DNA from: Candidatus Stygibacter australis
GTDB lineage: Bacteria > Cloacimonadota > Cloacimonadia > Cloacimonadales > TCS61
Length of the DNA stretch: 64,000 nucleotides
Reading direction: 5' to 3'
Assembly (NCBI GenBank): GCA_030765845.1
Contig: JAVCDJ010000042.1
Coordinates: forward strand, 2,310-66,309
Each line of letters begins with the position of its first letter. Within the stretch, counting starts at the first letter, position 1. The translations under genes and the position numbers were made by a program. Shown here piece by piece: positions 58,269 to 64,000 of the stretch. Below the pieces are notes generated by a model. That model was not told where the DNA came from. It made no database searches and worked only from the letters and a program-made list of their open reading frames with translations.

Positions 58269-58988
58269 ATGAAATTTATCGCTGTAATTCCCGCCAGATG
58301 GCAATCTTCACGTTTCCCAGGAAAACCGCTTGCTTTACTTAATGACAAACCCATTATCCAGCATGTTTATGAAAATGTTCTCAATTCAGGGATTTTTGAG
58401 CAGGTAATTATTGCCACGGATTCCCAGAATATCCTCGATGCTGTTCAGGCATTTGGCGGTTCAGCTCAAATGACCGGTTCTGAGCATCACAGCGGGACTG
58501 ACCGCGTAGCCGAAGTGTGCCGGAACCTTGATTTTGATATAGTGGTTAACGTGCAGGGAGATGAACCTTTTATCTCTGCAGAGCCGCTAAAACTTCTCAC
58601 TGATGCCTTCCATGACCCACAGGTTAAGGTTGCTTCTCTTATGAACCTTATCTTTGGCAAGATTGATAACAAAAATCTAGTAAAAGTTGTCTGCGATAAC
58701 CAGAGAAATGCTCTCTATTTCTCCCGCTCCGTAATCCCCTGTAATAGAGATTATAATCCAGAAGCCCATTATTATGGTCACGTGGGCGTCTATGCCTTCA
58801 GAAAAGATTCTCTCTTTGAATTTATTGAACTGCCTCCCGCCAAACTGGAAAATATAGAAAAACTTGAACAGCTCCGTCTGCTGGAAAATGGCATTAAAAT
58901 CAAAATGATAGAAACAAAATATTCTGGTATTGGCATCGATACCCCCGAAGATCTAGCCCGGGCTGAAAAGAAATTCCAGAAAAAATAA
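58269..58988 (+). CDS. kdsB: 3-deoxy-manno-octulosonate cytidylyltransferase
   Basis: IPARWQSSRFPGKPL, NVQGDEP and GIDTPEDL motifs. Confidence 0.93.
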   Translation: MKFIAVIPARWQSSRFPGKPLALLNDKPIIQHVYENVLNSGIFEQVIIATDSQNILDAVQAFGGSAQMTGSEHHSGTDRVAEVCRNLDFDIVVNVQGDEPFISAEPLKLLTDAFHDPQVKVASLMNLIFGKIDNKNLVKVVCDNQRNALYFSRSVIPCNRDYNPEAHYYGHVGVYAFRKDSLFEFIELPPAKLENIEKLEQLRLLENGIKIKMIETKYSGIGIDTPEDLARAEKKFQKK

Positions 58989-59581
58989 GATCAAATAATC
59001 CTACTTTTAACCTACATGATTTCACCACATCGACATACACTCGTTCACTTCCTGTCTTTGTAATATTAATCATTATATATTTTAGACCATATGTTACATT
59101 TTACGCATTTCTTCCCACTTTACATGCTTTTTATCATAAATATTTAAAATATCATTATTTAACTGATTTATCTGTCACAATTAATCTCCCTGTACCCCCC
59201 CTATTGGTTCCCTGTGGGTTACAAGTGTATCAATATTCATCTTTACTCTGTAAAATATTATAATTATTTTCATATATTGCTGTAACGTTTCTACTTAATT
59301 ATAGCCTTTTTAGCAGTTTCTCAATTTTATCATCACCATCCTCATGTAAAACATTATATTCTTCTATTCCTATATCCCCCATTTGTAACTGGGACTTTTT
59401 CGAGTATAATAGATAGAATTTGAAAGTTCAGAAAAACATTGATTACACACAACGTTTCTGTAACTATATATAATTTTAATTGGGATAGGATGCTTGAACT
59501 TTAATGAAAATGGTTGACATTATTGGCGTTGGGCAAAAAAAGTGTCATTTAGATAAGAATATATAGAGAAAGGAGTTCTCA

Positions 59582-59800
59582 ATGAAAGATAAGATTCATC
59601 CTAAGTATGAAAAAGTGACAGTACATTGTGTATGTGGCAACACATTTGAGACTAAGTCAACCTCTGCTAAGCTTGAGGTTCAGATCTGCGAGAAGTGCCA
59701 CCCCTTCTATACTGGCAAACAACGTTCAGTACAGAAAGCAGGTCGGATAGAGCGATTTAATAAGAAATACAACGTGGAAGAGCAAGCAAACGAAGGTTAG
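59582..59800 (+). CDS. rpmE: 50S ribosomal protein L31 (zinc-binding type)
   Basis: [29 protein letters not shown]. Confidence 0.95.
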   Translation: MKDKIHPKYEKVTVHCVCGNTFETKSTSAKLEVQICEKCHPFYTGKQRSVQKAGRIERFNKKYNVEEQANEG

Positions 59801-59819
59801 ATTAAATAAACAGAGATAA

Positions 59820-59861
59820 GCACCACACCCACCGAATTTGGTGATGTGGTGCATTTTTTTC
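59820..59861 (+). terminator. Rho-independent terminator of rpmE
   Basis: Stem gcaccacacccacc / ggtgatgtggtgc (59820-59852) followed by T7. Confidence 0.85.
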
Positions 59862-59927
59862 TAAAGGAGATTTGGTTGGCCAGATAAAAAAGATATCCAG
59901 GTTGGTGGTCAGGCAGTAATAGAAGGC

Positions 59928-60857
59928 GTGATGATGAGAGGTCCAGCCCATATAGCTACTGCTGTAAGGCGAAAAAGCGGTGAGATAGAGATATGGAAAA
60001 AGGAATTCATCAGTAAAACTAAGAATAATAAATTTCTGGGGCTGCCGTTAGTACGGGGATTTGTCTCGTTGATAGAGATGATGAATATCGGTATCAGCAG
60101 TTTGAGTTTTTCTGAAGAACGGGCAAGCGTGGACTGGAAAGAAGAAGAAGAAGCAAAAGGCAAGACATTTAAGGAAAAGAGTGCTTCAACGGAAAAGCGT
60201 GAAACTATCTTTATGTATGTTGTCGCCTTTGGTCTGGCATTTCTGTTATTTGGATTTTTGCCCTATCAGATATCTGCCTGGATAGGTCTTGGGAAAGAGA
60301 ATTTATATTTTAATCTGTTTGCCGGTAGCATCAGGATAGTCTTTTTTGTTGTATATGTGTGGGTGATCAGTCGGATGAAAGATGTACATAGATTATTTGA
60401 ATATCATGGAGCAGAGCATAAAACAGTGTTTGCCTATGAAAAATGTACAGAACTCAATCCAGGAAAGATCCAGGAACACAGTACTCTTCATCCCCGCTGC
60501 GGAACAAGTTTCATGTTTTTTGTGTTATTGATCTCGATATTAATATTTTCAATAGTAGATACTATAGTAGGACATTTACTGGGCAGTATGCCGGCGATAA
60601 TATATCGACTTGGCTATCATTTGCTATTACTCCCTTTTGTTTCTGGTATTTCCTATGAAGTGCTGAAACTTTCAGGAAAAAATATCAATCATCCTTTGGT
60701 GAAAATTATGACGGCACCTGGTCTGGCATTACAGCGGATCACCACACAACCTCCAGATGATGACCAGATAGAAATAGCTTTAACTGCGATGCAGAGTGCC
60801 CTTGATTTAGAACTAGACGTGGAAGTGACATTTATAGATTATAAGGGAAATAAGTAA
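59928..60857 (+). CDS. DUF1385-family membrane protein (start codon uncertain)
   Basis: The conserved N-terminal motif [14 protein letters not shown] begins upstream of the first canonical in-frame start (GTG 59928). The frame is open from 59865. rpmE-DUF1385-prfA synteny. Confidence 0.78.
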   Translation: MMMRGPAHIATAVRRKSGEIEIWKKEFISKTKNNKFLGLPLVRGFVSLIEMMNIGISSLSFSEERASVDWKEEEEAKGKTFKEKSASTEKRETIFMYVVAFGLAFLLFGFLPYQISAWIGLGKENLYFNLFAGSIRIVFFVVYVWVISRMKDVHRLFEYHGAEHKTVFAYEKCTELNPGKIQEHSTLHPRCGTSFMFFVLLISILIFSIVDTIVGHLLGSMPAIIYRLGYHLLLLPFVSGISYEVLKLSGKNINHPLVKIMTAPGLALQRITTQPPDDDQIEIALTAMQSALDLELDVEVTFIDYKGNK

Positions 60858-61924
60858 TGATTCCAGAGGAGAAATTATCAAATCTCAGAAATGAGATGAG
60901 TGAATTAGAGAAGGATGTATATGATCCGGCGAAAATGTCTGACAAACGGGCATATTCAAAGATATCACGGCGCTATAAGGAATTGCAGGAGATATTGCGG
61001 GTAGTTGATGAATATGAGAAGCTTCAATCGACGATAGATGAAAACCAGCAATTAATCGAAACTGAAGAAGATAAAGAATTGCATGAGATGGCGGAAGAAG
61101 AAAATGCACGACTGGAAGAGGAACTTGAAGTAGTGCATGAGAATTTGAAAGAGCTATTAATACCTCTGGACCCCAATGATCATAAAGATGTACTGGTGGA
61201 GATCAGGGCTGGTACTGGAGGCGATGAAGCGGCTCTTTTTTGTGCAGATCTATTTCGGATGTACACCTATTTTGGTGAAAAGATGGGTTGGAAACAGACA
61301 GTGATCTCATCTAATCCGATTGGTGTGGGTGGTTTTAAGGAAATCATCTTTTCCTTGAGTGGAGAAGATGTGTATGGGACAATGCGCTGGGAAAGTGGAG
61401 TGCACAGGGTGCAGCGGATACCGGTAACGGAGTCACAGGGCAGAGTTCATACCTCAGCAATATCAGTTGCAGTATTGCCGGAAGCAGATGAAGTGGATGT
61501 TGAAATAAATGAGAGGGATCTAAAGATAGATGTTTACCGGTCTTCAGGTCATGGAGGACAGAGTGTGAATACCACAGATTCAGCAGTAAGGATCACTCAT
61601 TTGCCATCAGGGATAGTGGTTACGTGTCAGGATGAGAAATCTCAGCTGAAGAATAAGAATAAAGCAATGAAGGTGTTACGCTCAAGATTATTGGATCAGG
61701 AAATTTTAAAACATGAGTCCGAAATAGCAGCTCATCGCAAAACCCAGGTGGGTACAGGTGACCGCAGTGCTAAGATCAGGACATATAATTTTCCTCAATC
61801 AAGAGTTACAGATCATAGAATAAATTTGACATCCTATAAATTGAATGCGATTTTGACAGGCGAGTTAGAAGAATTTATAGAAGCACTAAAATTAGCTCAT
61901 CGGAATGAACAGGTAAATGGGTAA
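60857..61924 (+). CDS. prfA: Peptide chain release factor 1
   Basis: GGQ motif ([23 protein letters not shown]) and the RF1-type tripeptide PVT. Confidence 0.96.
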   Translation: MIPEEKLSNLRNEMSELEKDVYDPAKMSDKRAYSKISRRYKELQEILRVVDEYEKLQSTIDENQQLIETEEDKELHEMAEEENARLEEELEVVHENLKELLIPLDPNDHKDVLVEIRAGTGGDEAALFCADLFRMYTYFGEKMGWKQTVISSNPIGVGGFKEIIFSLSGEDVYGTMRWESGVHRVQRIPVTESQGRVHTSAISVAVLPEADEVDVEINERDLKIDVYRSSGHGGQSVNTTDSAVRITHLPSGIVVTCQDEKSQLKNKNKAMKVLRSRLLDQEILKHESEIAAHRKTQVGTGDRSAKIRTYNFPQSRVTDHRINLTSYKLNAILTGELEEFIEALKLAHRNEQVNG

Positions 61925-62018
61925 AAAGAAAAAAGCAAACGGCGATAAAGAAGATATTGAGCATTATTTAATTACTGATGCTCAGCAGTTGGGACTGTAT
62001 AACCCTTCAGGCACATGA
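61917..62018 (+). CDS. Candidate 33-aa small ORF bridging prfA and the CNNM gene
   Basis: [33 protein letters not shown]. Its ATG overlaps the prfA stop (AATGGGTAA) and its TGA overlaps the next ATG (ATGA). Below the ORF-track size cutoff, and no clear RBS. Confidence 0.3.
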   Translation: MGKKKKANGDKEDIEHYLITDAQQLGLYNPSGT

Positions 62019-63268
62019 TAATTGCAATAATAACTTTGCTGATAATTTTCTTTGTATTTATGTCAGCTTTTTTTTCAGGAATGGAAACAGGATTGATCTC
62101 ACTTGATAAGCTAAAATTAGAACAGGAAGCAAAGAACAGCACAAAAAAGAAACAGATACTGGATTTTTTGAAAACTCCGGATAAACTTTTTGGTACGACA
62201 CTTATTGGGACAAATATCTCAATAGTTATAGTATCATCTCTGACGATGTTGTTATTACAATTTATTCCAGAAAAATCTGTCTTTAAAATATCCGATCAGG
62301 TAGGAACACTAATTGTGACTTTTATCCTGTTGATATTTGCAGAAATAATACCCAAGGCACTCTATCGAGAGCACCCGAACAGATTAGTAAGTAAAAACTT
62401 TGAAACCTTGAAATTCTATAGTTTTCTGTTTTCACCTTTCACCAGGATAGTTACATTTCTAAATCTACGGATATCTAAACTGTTTGGATTAAAAGAAACC
62501 GAAAATCTATTGCGGGTAAGTCGTGAAGATTTGAGTTTTATGGTATCAGAGAGCGAGACCAGCGAAAGCACTACAGAGATCAATCAGAAGGATTTACTGG
62601 AAGAAGCCTTGGAATTTGGGGAATTAAAAGCAGAGAATGTCATGACACACAGGACAGAGATCGTGGCATTTGATAAAGATACATCCATAGATGATGTGAT
62701 AAGATTATCACGGGAAGCAGGTTATACTCGTTTTCCGGTATATGATGATGATCTCGATAATATCAAGGGGATATTAATTATCTATGATCTTTTAAGACGT
62801 CAGAACAACAGCGAGGAAAAAGCATCTGATTTTATTCGACCGATACTTTTTGTTCCAGAGACAATGACAGTGGATGCTCTTCTGGCAGAGATGCAGTCTA
62901 AGCAGCGAAGCCTGGCAATAGTTGTAGATTCATATGGCGGCACAGCCGGAATGATTACTATCGAAGATATTATGGAAGAGCTGGTGGGCGAGATAGAAGA
63001 TGAATATGATGTGGAAGAAAGCGAACTTGAGATATTGCCCGATGGCTCATATCTGATTGATGGCGATACGGAAATTGATATTTTGAATGATAAATATGAC
63101 CTTCAATTACCGGAAGGTGATTATGAGACCATTGCTGGATTAATAATCAACCGTTTGGCGAGAATACCTAAGAATAACACAAGATTAGAATTGCGTAAAT
63201 ACTCACTTCTGGTGAACAAAGTTACAGCAAAAAAGATCAAAAAGGTAAAATTGATCAAGAAGTATTGA
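62015..63268 (+). CDS. CNNM/DUF21-CBS-CorC_HlyC family protein (TlyC/CorC-like)
   Basis: N-terminal four-TM DUF21 domain (FFSGMETG), a CBS pair, and a C-terminal CorC_HlyC domain. Confidence 0.88.
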   Translation: MIIAIITLLIIFFVFMSAFFSGMETGLISLDKLKLEQEAKNSTKKKQILDFLKTPDKLFGTTLIGTNISIVIVSSLTMLLLQFIPEKSVFKISDQVGTLIVTFILLIFAEIIPKALYREHPNRLVSKNFETLKFYSFLFSPFTRIVTFLNLRISKLFGLKETENLLRVSREDLSFMVSESETSESTTEINQKDLLEEALEFGELKAENVMTHRTEIVAFDKDTSIDDVIRLSREAGYTRFPVYDDDLDNIKGILIIYDLLRRQNNSEEKASDFIRPILFVPETMTVDALLAEMQSKQRSLAIVVDSYGGTAGMITIEDIMEELVGEIEDEYDVEESELEILPDGSYLIDGDTEIDILNDKYDLQLPEGDYETIAGLIINRLARIPKNNTRLELRKYSLLVNKVTAKKIKKVKLIKKY

Positions 63269-63274
63269 ATTGGC

Positions 63275-64000
63275 AATGAAATGTATAGCCACTAATATAT
63301 TAACCCCGCTTGCTGCGGATAAAATAATCTATCTGCCTGATCACTATATTACAATCAATGAAGGTAAAATAATTGAAATAAGTGATACTGAGCCAGCAAT
63401 GGACTGGATAGATAAAAGAGATTACCTTTGCATTCCCGGAATGATAGATGCGCATGTGCATCTATCGCAGTACTATATTCGGGGCAGGTATGCCCCGGAT
63501 CTAATGCAATGGCTTCACAAGTATACTTTTCCAGCTGAGCAGATGTCAAATAATCCTCAATTCAGCAGGAAGATAGCAATAGATTTTTATCAGCAATGCC
63601 TGGCAAAGGGCACTACTACCAGTGTGGTATATACTTCACCTTATCATATAGCTTGCGAGACAGCATTTGAAGTGGCAAAAGAGATGGGAGTTCGAAGCAT
63701 TATCGGGATGACCATGATGGATACCAATTGTCCTGATTATCTGCGCCAGGATACAGATAAAGCGATCAATGAGAGTTATGAACTTTGGGAAAAATGGCAC
63801 GATCAGGGACTGCTTGATTATATATTTTCACCCAGATTTGCTGTAACCTGCAGTGCTGAACTGCTTCAGGAAACTGGTAGAATGATCAGAAATTTATCTG
63901 CAAGAATGCAAACCCATTTATCGGAAAATACTTTTGAGATAGAGCAGGTAATGGATTTATTTCCCGGCAATAGAAGCTATACGGAAATTTATGAGCATTT
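63275..64000 (+). CDS. Amidohydrolase, guanine-deaminase-like (3' end outside window)
   Basis: Not in the ORF track because it has no stop within the window. ATG 63275 opens 242 codons to the window end: MKCIATNILTP..CIPGMIDAHVHLSQY..MQTHLSENTFEIEQV (metal-binding HxH and HLSE motifs). Confidence 0.75.

Noticed and set aside
63355-63549. The minus-strand 64-aa ORF at the right end of the window.
   Set aside because: It lies antisense within the much longer open plus-strand frame (63275 to the window end) that carries amidohydrolase metal-binding motifs.

Overview
AT-rich chromosomal window, about 35-40% GC by eye, that spans the replication origin. The organism looks like an uncultivated anaerobe of the FCB/Cloacimonadota type. 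That placement is inferred from five secreted proteins with T9SS-type C-terminal sorting domains and from amino-acid-fermentation-type genes; it is not proven. dnaA (38735-40111, minus) is flanked on both sides by DnaA-box clusters and lies next to a 0.6-kb ORF-free AT-rich stretch. Genes to its left are almost all on the minus strand: mutL-like operon, comF, purB, lgt, etfB, a polysaccharide module, mfd, eno, SPFH/NfeD, recN, nadK, rsgA, fmt, def, yajC, pgpA and surA-like genes. The far right is all plus strand: mnmG, kdsB, rpmE, prfA, a CNNM/CorC gene and a guanine-deaminase-like gene. I found no rRNA, tRNA, CRISPR array, transposase, integrase, reverse transcriptase or canonical defense system. 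The unusual material sits in four patches. (1) 1-5585: tandem beta-helix T9SS cargo genes with a sharp near-identical block and swapped sorting domains. (2) 5586-8128: an AT-rich orphan gene for a membrane zinc-ribbon protein, bracketed by an intact 374-aa gene and a diverged, internally deleted copy of that gene's 3' end, which looks like a single-crossover integration scar. The neighbouring three-gene GlmL/MutL-like operon has no B12 mutase partner. (3) 46160-48860: an accessory islet with 80-bp direct repeats, an iteron-like inverted repeat, a RhuM remnant and a sigma factor with a long C-terminal extension. (4) 54929-55490: a decayed TonB-receptor-like remnant next to a GC-rich ~150-nt rod-like hairpin, a candidate ncRNA or MITE. 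A ~50-nt palindromic hairpin element occurs twice (5.9 kb and 23.3 kb). Function calls come from motif recognition by eye, and percent identities are hand estimates.
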